In this document: positions 1 through 11,076 of the stretch, piece after piece
How positions within the stretch are numbered: the first letter of the stretch is position 1
How the letters are laid out: each line of letters begins with the position of its first letter
Assembly (NCBI RefSeq): GCF_018977255.1
Contig: NW_024704742.1
Location: 310,001 to 374,000 of the forward strand
Reading direction: 5' to 3'
Length of the DNA: 64,000 nucleotides
Source of the DNA: Callorhinchus milii
Taxonomy: Eukaryota
Program-made: the position numbers and the translations under genes
Notes under the pieces: model-generated
Seen by the model: the letters and a program-made list of their open reading frames with translations, nothing else
What the model was told of the DNA's origin: nothing
Database searches by the model: none

Positions 1-229
1 TATATTTGTGGGCGAACGCGACAGCCAATTGCGCACAGCAATGTCCCACAAACAGTCGTAGATTGAAAATGACCAATTTATTATTGTTTGGTTTTGGAGG
101 GAATATTATTAGGGCTCTGTGTGTGGAGTGAGGACACTGCCCGAGGTCTCGCCCTGACTGACCCCCCGGGGATTGGACCCGGTGTCTCACTCACAAAGCG
201 AGTGCTCTAACCCCTGAGCTACAGGACTC
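1..229 (-). mobile_element. tRNA-derived SINE, young subfamily (cut by window edge, degenerate head)
   Basis: Same body and head as the copies at 13975 and 17212. Confidence 0.85.
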
Positions 230-231
230 GG

Positions 232-305
232 TGTTTGGCGGAGACGGGCGATGTGTCGGAGGCAGAAGAAGGCGGTGCTGGTGAGGGACCGGACGTGGGG
301 AGGAG
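232..305 (-). mobile_element. L2-clade LINE ORF2 fragment
   Basis: PHVRSLTSTAFFCLRHIARLR matches the same segment in the other L2 copies. Confidence 0.7.
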
Positions 306-359
306 CGATAATAACCTGACGCCGAGGCTGTGTACGGGCCCACAGGTGACGGCACGAGC

Positions 360-836
360 CCATTGCCATGTGACTGGGGGGGGGGGGGGGACGGTGCCAT
401 GTGACTGGGGGAGGGGGGGTGCCATGTGACTGTGTGATAGTGCCATGTGACTGGGGGGATGGGGATGCCATGTGACTGTGTGACGCGAGGGAGGGGGATG
501 CCATGTGACTGTGTGACGCGGGGGGCGTGTCTAGTGTCAGGTGACGTCAGGCAGATCTCGCGGCCCTTCACGCGAGGTATCGCGAGATCAGGGAGTATAC
601 CGTTTCCCCCGAAAGAAACCGAGACCCCGGGGCTGGGGGGACAGAGAGAGGGACCGGGGGACAGGCCCGGGGGGGGACAGAGAGAGAGGGACCGGGGGGG
701 GGGACAGAGAGAGGGACCGGGGGGGGGGAGCCAGGCCCGGGGGGGGGACAGAGAGAGAGGGACCGGGGGGGGGACACAGCCCGGGACCGGGGGGAGTTGT
801 CGGCTCCTGGAGCGGAACCATGAAGCTGAGGTAAGA
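360..836 (+). promoter_or_regulatory. GC/CpG-rich putative BLTP1 promoter and non-coding first exon (donor at 830|831)
   Basis: Main CpG-rich stretch outside repeats. Six CATGTG E-boxes, CRE TGACGTCA at 542-549, TATCGCGAGA at 578-587, and a strong donor GAG|GTAAGA upstream of the acceptor-led ATG exon. Confidence 0.7.
630..795 (+). repeat. G-rich tandem repeat (GGGGGGACAGAGAGAGGGACC-like units)
   Basis: Several imperfect units with long G runs are directly visible. Confidence 0.85.
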
Positions 837-2759
837 CCGTGAGTGTTATGCTGCAGACACGGGGGGAGTGGGGTTGTGGGGAGGGGCTGAGGGTGTTCCC
901 CCCACAGACTTGACCCTAAAAGAGTGTAATTAAGCAGCAGAGGCCAAGGCTGGGGTGACAACCCCCCCCCACCCCCCCCCACCCCCTGCCCCCACCCCCC
1001 CACCTCCCCCCCCCCCCCCCTCCCCAGGTTATATAATAATAATAATAATCTTTGCCTTTGCTATAGCTCCTCATCACGTCTTCTCGACGTCTCAAAGCGC
1101 TTCGCAGGACACACTGTAAAGTGAATTGACCGTATATTTGTGTATCAGTTGTGGAGCAGCGGCGCTCTATTATTAAAAGCGCAGAGTATCTGACAGCGTC
1201 ACGACAGGTTTGCGCAGTTTGAGCCCAAATCAACAAAGTTATTTGACATCATGCGAACCCCACCCCCATCTTTGGTTTGCACCAAACCACATAGGCAGCG
1301 ACAAATTGTTGTGTCTGGTATTGTCCGGGGCCGGTGCAGCCTCTCAGTCATGTTCTGCACACTTTATTTTGTATTGAAATCCACCTTCAAACCTTTTGCC
1401 CTCATGGAATTTGCCCCCCCCCACCCCCCCAGCTGTTTGTATCACATACAGTAACAACAAACACACACCCCTATTGGGCGTGAACCTGCCCCAGTCTAGA
1501 AACCTTGCACCTACACTCACTTACTGTAAAGCACGTGTGGCTTTTCAGTAAAACCGTGCACTTAATTACCAGTATCCACATCCCGTGCTGAAGGTGATGG
1601 TACAACCGGGATAAAGAGACCAGGGATGGTCACTGACTAATCACAGCCCAGTCTGTGGGTTCAGACCCCAGGTCCGTCCCTTGGCTGACAATTCAGCGCA
1701 GGACAGTTTGTTGGCGGCTTTGCTATGTGTAAAACGTTTCCCTGTATTTGGCCACACGACAATAAGGACGGCGTCGGCATCGCATTTATGTGGAGACATT
1801 GTCGTCGCACTTATACAGTGCTCTTCACACAGCGTAATGAGTCAGAATGCTAACACCAACCCAGTCAAGACTAATTGACAGCACTTTGGAGTTTTGTAAA
1901 CATAAGGCATAGGTCCTGGATACATCTAAAGTGATGATAGGCAAGTTTCCTTACTCCACACACCTCCGTTTACCCAGCAGTAAGTAGGAAACCTGTTGTC
2001 AGTCGATTGCAGGATCGCTTTTAAGGGAATAATAATCCCTTTTTTAAAAAAAAAAAAATTGGTCACTTCAATACACAACTGTTTGTGGGATATCGAGGGG
2101 CGCAATTGGCTGCTGCATTTCGCCCACAAAATATAAAGTCAATTCACTTTGAAGCACTTTGAGATGTCTCGAAGATATAAGGCGCTATTTCAAATGCAAG
2201 TATAATTATAAAGAAAAGTAGATACTGGATTTATTGGGTCAGTTTTGATTCATTGTTGATTATTGTGATTTTTTTTTGTTGAGAGCAACAATTGCTCAGT
2301 CCTGAATTGACTACTCAGATTAATTTCAGGTTACTATTTCTACATGAAAATGATTTTCCTACATGTGGTTTTCTACGTGAAACGACAGCTGAACAAGTAC
2401 AAGTTGTTATCTCATTCATGTATGTGCTCCAGCCTCAATTTCAGAAGAGTGCTCTATTGTACTGATGGCCACCTTTTGAGCTGTCCTTGCTGCTTCTGTC
2501 AGTGAGATTACTAGTTTAGGGTCGTATTTTGTTGTGAGGTTTACAACTCAGAGGACTTGCTGCTCCAGCTCCGCACCTCCCAGCAGGCAGAACCATTGCT
2601 TAGTGCAGAGGGATGAGCAACGCTTAGGAAGCTTGCAGGGTGCCTGGTACTTTCTATCCATCCAATGAGGACTCAAACGTGTGCTGTCAGATGTCAAATG
2701 ATCACCTGGTGACTCCCCTTGGGGGGGAACGCAAACTTGGTCTCCCTGGACCTGAGACC

Positions 2760-3130
2760 TAGAGGTGATGTGCTTGGCAACAGAATATCAGAATCGAGTC
2801 AACCCTCTGTGGGGGTCTGAGTAGAACAGTTTCTAATCCAGAACATTGCCAATGGCAGACCAGCCAGATTGCCTCATTCTGCTCAGTGCCAATTAACTCT
2901 GCAAGGATGGTCCTAGCTGACCAAGCAATGGGAAGCTTGCCAGGCAGTGGTCCCAATGCGAGCCATGTGATTTTAGTTGGTTGAACTCCTGCAGTATCCC
3001 AACGCACATTCTGGAGTCCCCAAGCCTTGGCTCTTGACAACCTGCCTCTAATACTCTCCAGAATTAGATTAACAGGATGTGTTCCTCCAGGGAGAGAGCA
3101 GAAATTCCATTCCAGACACACAGAAATGTC
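2760..3130 (-). repeat. Unclassified old interspersed repeat (also about 36540-36950, 50610-50720, 57730-57845, 58910-59075)
   Basis: Shared motifs such as CCAAGCCTTGGCTCTTG, GGAAGCTTGCCAG and CCTCCAGGGAGAG between copies. Confidence 0.75.
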
Positions 3131-4171
3131 CATGTACAGGTGGCATACATATTTGACACTTTCAGTCTGGTTTGGATTCTCTGAAGCGCAGTGAAGGGTT
3201 TCCACATGTGACACCCACACCTGCCTGACAAAAAGAAAACAAGAAGGATCTGCCTTGAGATTTGCCAAAAAGCATTTCACATTGATGTTTTGAAACCAAG
3301 AAGCGCAAGTGATTTGCATCCCATTAACTTGGGGCAAAAATAAATGATAATCCTTGCCTTTCATTTAGCATCTTTGACGTCAGGAGGTTAGCGTCTTGTG
3401 CTTCACAGGATACACTGTAAACGATAGTGACTGTCTTTGATAAGTGAATGCAGCAGTCAATTTGTGTGCAACAGTGTCCCATAATATTGACGGATTTAAT
3501 CCCAGATTGTTATAGAGAAAGGGCAACGTACAAACCTTTTGCACCACTCAGACGTTATACAATGGGTGGATACAGTTAGTTTCTACTTTAAACGTTTTGT
3601 CAACTTGCAACTCCAATTCACAAATCTTGTTTAAAATGTATAATTCTTCCATAATGATCTTGAAGTGGGATGAAAATTCAGTTTTCACTTCAGCAGGAAC
3701 TGTAACTTCCTCTCTCATATGTAGATAGCTTTATTTTACATGTAGAGCAAGGGCATTATATAGATTAATGTTGGTATTGTTGCTCATATGCCATCATGGC
3801 CATAAGTTAAGTTTATTGTTAAAGCAGTATTGATCAAGGTCTGATGCCACACACGCTCTATTGTGGGGTACACTGTGAGTGGTACTACAGAATACATTGG
3901 TACCATGATGGATATGCAAACATACTATGATGTCCTTGCTGCTTGATATCATGTTCAGGCAGTGTGGATTACTGATATATGTGTACCACAAAGCAGTTAC
4001 TTTTTTAAGAAAAAAATGTAATGTGTATTCATGGAAGTGGTGGATGTTAGTGCCAGGAGATTAAATATTGATCCACTTTTTAGTCCTAATGGCTGCATCT
4101 GGCATTCCTAGATGAAATCCGAGACGATACCCTGCTTGAAGGACGCTATGAAGTTAATGACCAATTTTATT

Positions 4172-4390
4172 TGGGAGAAACTCCCTTCTCTTTCTGAATT
4201 GTGACATGGGATCTTTAACTTCCATCGGAACAAGTAGAAAGAACCTAATTTCCCGACAGCAATGCAGCACATCACAGGGGCACTGCATTGGAGTATCCAC
4301 CCAGTCAGTGACTTCAGTGTCTTGACGTAGGGTTGAACCCACAACCTTCCGACTCGGAGGTGAGAGTGCAACCAACTGAGCTATGTTGAC
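4172..4390 (-). mobile_element. DeuSINE-type (SacSINE1/AmnSINE1-like) element
   Basis: Reverse complement has head CTCAGTTGG...GAGTCGGAAGGTTGTGGGTTC and Deu-domain TAAAGATCCCATG. Confidence 0.75.
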
Positions 4391-5329
4391 ACCCGGTAAC
4401 GCCAAGTATTAATAATAATAATTCTTACCTTTGATATAGAATCTTATCACGTCTTCGAGACATTTCAAAGCACTTCACAGAATACACTGTAAAGTGAATT
4501 GAGTGGGTATTTTATGAGCGAAACACTGCAGCCAGTTGCGCACAGCAGCGTCCCACAAACAGTGGTTTGTGTAATGCCGTTATTCTTTGTGGAGACACTA
4601 CATTTTTAGATAAATTGGGAAATGTTTAAAGATGCAGAAACATTAATTTATTAGCCGTAGTGCACTTAGGCTACGGTATAGAGGAGGGAAGCAGAGCCAA
4701 CCGGCATCAAACCTGGCAGGATTCAACCATGTCTACTTTCCCCTGTTGCTTCTCTAACACTCCAACACCTGCTACAATATATTTATACATGTTTTAGATA
4801 TAAACAGTATGCAGTCCTGGTCAACAATTCCCAAAATAAGATTGGTCACTAGCTTCGTTGGCTGTTTGTGGGATGTTGCTGTTTGCCGCATTCACCTACA
4901 TATACAAGTTTACTCACTTCACAGTAAAATCGTGTGAAGCACTTTGAGATGATACCATAAGGCGCTATATTAAATGCAAGGATTATTATACTTATTTAGA
5001 CACTCTGGGACACTACACCACGTGAAGGCCGCTATATAAATGAAAGTTGATGTTCTAAATTGGTGATCACGCTATATAAAGGAAAGTTGTTATAAATTGG
5101 TGAGATTTAATGATCACCATCTAAAATATTTCCGTAAGTAAATAAGGAAATCTTAATTGTTTTGCTGCCTGATCGTGAAATGGCCAATTATCAACTATGC
5201 ATATCCCACACAAATATGCTTCTCTGGCTAATCCCCAAGAATTAAGCAGACCAAGATTGAACTTGTTTGAATTCTTCATCCATTTGACGATTATGCTTTT
5301 AGGATATCTGCAATCTCCATAATCAAATG

Positions 5330-5905
5330 GCTATTCAGAACCTCAACAACAACTTCCACAAGCTGTAGATCATCCAGAACGTTGTAGCTCATGTCCTCTC
5401 CCACAACAGGCTCCGTGACTCTATCACTCCCACCCTTACCCGAGTCCACTGGCTCCCCATCCCCCAGAGGATAGAGTTGAAAATCCTCATCCTTGCCTTC
5501 AAAGCCCTCCACAGTCTTGCTTTTTCCTACCTCTGTGACCTGCTAATAATGCCATATCAACCTGTCCACTCTCTCTGTTCCGCAGGCTCTGGCCTGCTCC
5601 ATGTACTCCCCCCTCTCCCCCCTCACAGTGGCCTGGCCCACTGTCGGTGGTTGGGCCTTCAGCCTCTCTACACCCACCCTTTGGAACGCCATCCCATATT
5701 CCCTTCGCCTCGCTCCCTCGCCTTCTTCAAGGCATGTCTCATGACCCTTCCCTTTGACTATGCCTATGGCCACCTTCCTACCCCTACCTTCCCTGCCCTC
5801 TACCCCTCCTGATCCCAACCCTCTGCTCAGGTTTAAATCCTTGATGTCCAGCTCCTTGGGACATCCTCCCAACATGAAAGGCGCTATACAAATGTAATTT
5901 GTTGA
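5330..5905 (+). mobile_element. L2-clade LINE 3' fragment
   Basis: HWLP...[24 protein letters not shown]2 C-terminus plus 3' tail. Confidence 0.85.
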
Positions 5906-7880
5906 ATCCGAAAGATTCTTGACCAGGCATTGGAAGAAATGCTTCTTTTGATGATGCCTCTGAATTCTCAATTTAATTGGCAGATGGAAACTTGGTGGAA
6001 CATTTAATCTGAAGGACCAGCGCTGTTATAATTCAGCAGTTTAGGTTGATAAATTCAGACCCCATGTTGTAACGAGACGTGCTATAATTGGCTTTCGATC
6101 AGCATGTCTGGGTAGTAAGATTGCCACTGATGTTCCTTGCTGTGCAATGCTTGCAGGAAGCCAGTGAGTCAGTATGGAAAGCTGCAGGTGTGCTGTGCTT
6201 TCAATACAGCGTAGGTTCACAGTACATCAGCCCACATTGAACCGGGCAATATTGCAATGGGCGAGGTGTGCCTGTATTACCTTTTACTGCACTGGACTGT
6301 GAACTCGAATGGAGCTTGAACCACCGACCTTCGCTAACAGTTGAAACAGACTGACATCTGAGTAGCGTAATAATGAGGATTCGGTTTCAGATTAGGTGTC
6401 TTGTGCTTTTTTTGAAAAACGAAGAAACATTTTAAGATGCGTTTTACTTATTTATATGTGACATCTCATTATTGTCGATAAACTTTCAGAATTTCTGTTT
6501 TTTGTTAACTTTACAATCCTTCCAGCCTGTAAGATGCCGGAATGACATGCAATGAATGCTCCCTGATGTGGCCCCCAACGGGGAAATGAACGTTGGCTAA
6601 TTCCACTAGTTTTCGGGCGATCCTCAGGTGAGTTCAACCTTGGGTGAGCCCAACTTCAAATGATTAAAGCCCATCACTTTTTCTTCTTTTTTTAAAAAAA
6701 GAATGTAAAATAACACCATTAAAGATGAAACCACTTTTAAGTTTTCTGAATTCATTTGATCTATATGATTTGCTGATAATAGGTTAATGAAGATGAGTGG
6801 AATGTGCTAGATATTTGAGGTTTCGCTGGAATAGCTCAAGTGACTTTGCCAAAAGTATGTGCGCCTGTTACGTCAAACAGCTTCTGTTCCTTATATGTCA
6901 CGTACTGTACTGTACGGGACTGTAATATATAGAATGAATATATATATAGAATTAATATAGATTGAGTTTAGAAACCAAATTCTGCAACTGTTTTAAAACG
7001 GTGAGCAAATTAAAATTGAAACAATTGATATTCAAACTAAGAAGTTCAAATCAATTATTGAGCTCAGAAATTGAGTAATAAACCAGCAAAAGCTTTGCCA
7101 GCAGTAGTGAAATGGGACCTGAGTAAAACACATTTATGCTCATTTGAGAGAAATCCAATTGCCAGGTTACCACTGGCATCTGCACAAATTCTATAACTTA
7201 TTTACTTGTCTCCAGTGCTATCTGTTGTAAAACAACATGTTTTTATAGAAGAGACAATTTCTTCTCTACAGCTAGGATTGGATAAGGTAAATTGTAATTA
7301 TTTCTTATCCAAGGTCTTTACCTTGGGTTTAACTGGCTTGGCTGAGGTCATGCTCTAGTCTTTGCGTCCAAAGGTTCGATATTGCAATGCAGAGGAGCAG
7401 CATTGACAGAGGGGCTATCCTTTGGCTAGATACTGTCTTTCTCCTTTTCCCGTCTCCCATACCCCTCTATTCCATTCTCCCACACGTATTGAAATGAATA
7501 GTCACTTTGCTATGATTCTGATATGAATGTGCCCAAATATTTTGTAAATTTTCTCAACTCCTCTGTTGCTTTTAGACATATCTTTGCAATAATTTGGTTC
7601 ATCTATCTCAAGAGTAACCAAATTGTTTTGTGAAAATAATTTGAATTTTATACGTGTAAAACGGTGCTTTGTTAGATTCTGTAGAGTTGTGCAGAATCGT
7701 TTTTTGATTACATGTTTCACATTATCTTTTAAAAGTCACTGATGCGGTCCACGTGGAGGATGTTTGAGAAGAATTTTCTTGATCGCCATACAGATATTGT
7801 CCAGTTCCTATTCCCCTAATCTTGGGACCTTTCAAGTTTGCATATTGTAAGTAATAATAATAATCCTTGCATTGGATATA

Positions 7881-8207
7881 ATAATAATAATAATAATCCT
7901 TGCATTTGATATAGCGCTTTTCACGTCGGGAGGACGTCCCAAAGCGCTTCACAGAACACACTGTAAAGTGAATTGACTGTATATTTGTGGGCGAACGCGG
8001 CAGCCAATTGCGCACAGCAATGTCCCACAAACAGTCGTAGATTGAAAATGACCAATTTATTATTGCTTTTGGTTTTGGAGGATTATTATTAGGCTCTGTG
8101 TGGAGTAAGGAAACTTGCCCAAGGTTTCGCCCTCTGCCTGGAATTGAACTCAGGTCTCTCACTTGCAAAGCAAAGCGAGTGCTCTAACCACTGAGCTACA
8201 GGACTCC
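7881..8207 (-). mobile_element. tRNA-derived SINE, young subfamily
   Basis: Head GGAGTCCTGTAGCTCAGTGG with A/B boxes; (ATT)n tail; near-identical to the other copies. Confidence 0.93.
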
Positions 8208-10092
8208 AATATATAGCGCCTTATCACGTCGTTGAGACATCTCAAAGCGCTTCACAGAATATACTGTAAAGTGAATTGACGAAGTGATTTAAATTCTTGA
8301 TTTTTTTTAGATATAATCTTTCTGAAATTTGTAAACTAAATACAGATTGTTTTCTGAAATGAATGATCTAAATGCAAAAAAAGGCTTTTTTTCATTAAAA
8401 TTTTTCTTCTAACAAATAAAATTAGAATTAGCAGATTTTATTGCTGATTTAATTCTTTTTTTTGTGACTTACTCGCTCTGTCTCCCCCCCCCCCCCCCAC
8501 CAAGTAATTTTGCGAACGATTAAGGTTTTTCATTTTCGTGTTTTATTAATTTCTCTATAATGCTTGATTGTAAAAACTTTCAGATTATCTGAACTCTAAA
8601 AATCTTGGCCCTTGTGTTAGATTTGTTTGTGTACCTCTTCTAGTTGCCGTAGTGATAGTATTTGTCTACATCCACAAAATATATTTTGCAGAGTTACAAT
8701 ATATTTGTATGTTGTATCTCAGCTGCCTGGGAAGACCAGCTGTCGAATTTGCCATTCTCTTAGAATTCCCAATCCATTCATCATCATTTTCCCTGGTTCC
8801 TTTCTCTGTCTCAAATCTCTTTGCCTTTCAGCTGTGTTGCCCTCATTGCTGTGTGCAGAAAGCTTCCAGTCATAGAGTGTTTCAGAGTAAATTATTGTGA
8901 AATGGCCAGGGTTTAAATCCCCCTATTTACCATGCTATTTTATATGCTATTTAAAAAAAACACAATCTGTAGAACTGAAATCCAAAATACCTTTTCATAG
9001 TTTCTAATTTATTTTCTGTTTGATTTATCTTTAAGAAATTAATAAATGTGAAAAACTTTGTGCCTCAGTTTTTCTACCCTGAGATGAAACATTTCCTTTT
9101 TTTTCTAATTTTCACTCAGATTTAGTTTCCAAGAATAAAATCTGAATTATTCCTCTAGGGAGACTTTTTTATTTTATGAAATTGAACAATATGGATATCT
9201 AATGGCCAAATTGCCTGCTGATAATATTTATACTGTTATCGAGGAGTGGAAAGTGCTTTTGACTCTCCCAGCATTAAAAAAAACCCAATGAGCCTGTGTT
9301 TAATTACATTGTAAATGATATGAGACTACCTCCTGGAGGTGGCCTGAAAATGCACAAATGGCAATATAACTAAGTTTTCCGATTCTTAGTATTGAAAAAT
9401 GTGGCACCTTTCTATGTTTAGAGACAAGAGAAATTGATGATATCGAGAGAATCAAATTTACAAATACAGTTCAGCCCTCTTATAACAACAACAAATTACA
9501 TTTGTATAGCGCCTTTCACCCTGGGAGGACCTCAGGGATTTAGACCTGAGCCAGAGGTTGGGATCGGGAGGTGTGGAGTGCAGGGAGGGTAGGGTCAGAG
9601 GTTGACCGAAGGCTTGGTTCTTTATAGGGCAAATTTGGTTATATTGTGGTTGTAATGTAGGCTCCATTCACTGCACTTAGGTGCATCTAACCCGCTTGTT
9701 TCTCCCAGAGTCGCCAACTTTCACTCTAAAATATCTGACTTCTGGTTCGTTAGGTCACTGTCAACTTCATTTACTGGTTTGCTGTATGCACAACATAGGA
9801 AATGGTATCAGAAATGGGCCATTTTTCTTAACACACGCTCCACTGTATAAGCCATGACTTCAAAATAAGTACACCTCAGAGGTTTCTTTTAGTAATGAGT
9901 AGTGGAGCTTGAAACTTTAAATGGTTTCATAAAGGAACTACACAAGTTTGCCTTTGGCTCTGTTAAATATTAGTTAACAGACAAGATATCTTTTTGTGTT
10001 GCCACCTATATTTCATTAGATTTTAGAATTGCATTCAATGCAGTGGGGAAAACAAATGAATAAATTCCATCATCTTATTTCATCAAATTTGG

Positions 10093-10446
10093 AGTTCTAT
10101 AGCTTATTGGTTAAGAGAACTCGCCTCGCAAGCGAGAGGACCTGGGTTCAATTTCCAGGCAGGGCAAAACCGTAGGCAAGTTTCCTTACTACGTACACCT
10201 AGGTTCACTTAGCAGTAAGTAGGAACCTGGCTGTTAGTTGATTGGCAGATTGCTTTGCAGGGATAATAATCTATTCAAATTTTTTTAAAAAAATAATAAT
10301 TTGGACATTCAATCTACGATGGTGTGCAATTGGCTACCACGCTTCGCCCACAAAATATACAATCAATTCACTTTACAGCATATTCTGTGAAGCGCTTTGA
10401 GTCTTGAAGACATGATAAGGTGCTATATCAAATGCAAGGATTATTA
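10093..10446 (+). mobile_element. Older long-form SINE of the same family (CORE-like body)
   Basis: tRNA head, then GGCAAGTTTCCTTACT...CAGTAAGTAGGAACCTGG, then tail. Confidence 0.85.
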
Positions 10447-10754
10447 AATTTAAGCACAACAAGCTATCTCTGCAGATATGTATCTTAGATAATTCATTTT
10501 GTATAAATTAACTGATTCTCAAACTGTAAACCTTGGAACCTGCAGCTATCTTTGCAATATGGAATTGGAAGGATCCCAATGATCTCCATTTCGTCTAATT
10601 CATCATTGTACCTAGCCAGAAAGATATGTAAATAGTTATTTGGGTGGAAGACCATCCAGGTATTATCAGTCCTCTCACTCCCATCGGTTTCAGCAGTAAC
10701 AGGATATCTTTCCTGGAGAATGAAAGGTGAATTAGCAGTGCTGGAGCTGTATTC

Positions 10755-11076
10755 GGAGTCCTGTAGCTCAGTGGTTAGAGCACTCGCTTTGCAAGCGAGA
10801 GACCTGAGTTCAATTCCAGGCAGGGCGAAACCTTGGGCAAGTTTCCTTACTCCACACGCCTAATAATAATCCCTCCAAAACCAAAAACAATAATAAATTG
10901 GTCATTTTCAATCTATGACTGTTTGTGGGACATTGCTGTGCGCAATTGGCTGCCGCGTTCGCCCACAAATATACAGTCAACTCACTTTACAGTATATTCT
11001 GTGAAGCGCTTTGGGACGTCCTCCCGACGTGAAAAGCGCTATATCAAATGCAAGGATTATTATTATTATTATTATT
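10755..11076 (+). mobile_element. tRNA-derived SINE, young subfamily
   Basis: A box TAGCTCAGTGG, tRNA-Ala(TGC)-like anticodon arm, B box GAGTTCAATTCC, L2-like tail, (ATT)n. Confidence 0.93.

Noticed and set aside
364..510. CRISPR-like repeat-spacer look
   Set aside because: Repeats are only 12 bp, spacers are short and low-complexity, the context is vertebrate, and there are no cas genes.
187..1003. Pro/Gly-rich ORFs up to 270 aa
   Set aside because: By-products of GC-rich tandem repeats that lack stop codons.
10755..10830. tRNA-Ala(TGC)-like cloverleaf
   Set aside because: It is the SINE head, continuous with the SINE body in many copies; not a tRNA gene.
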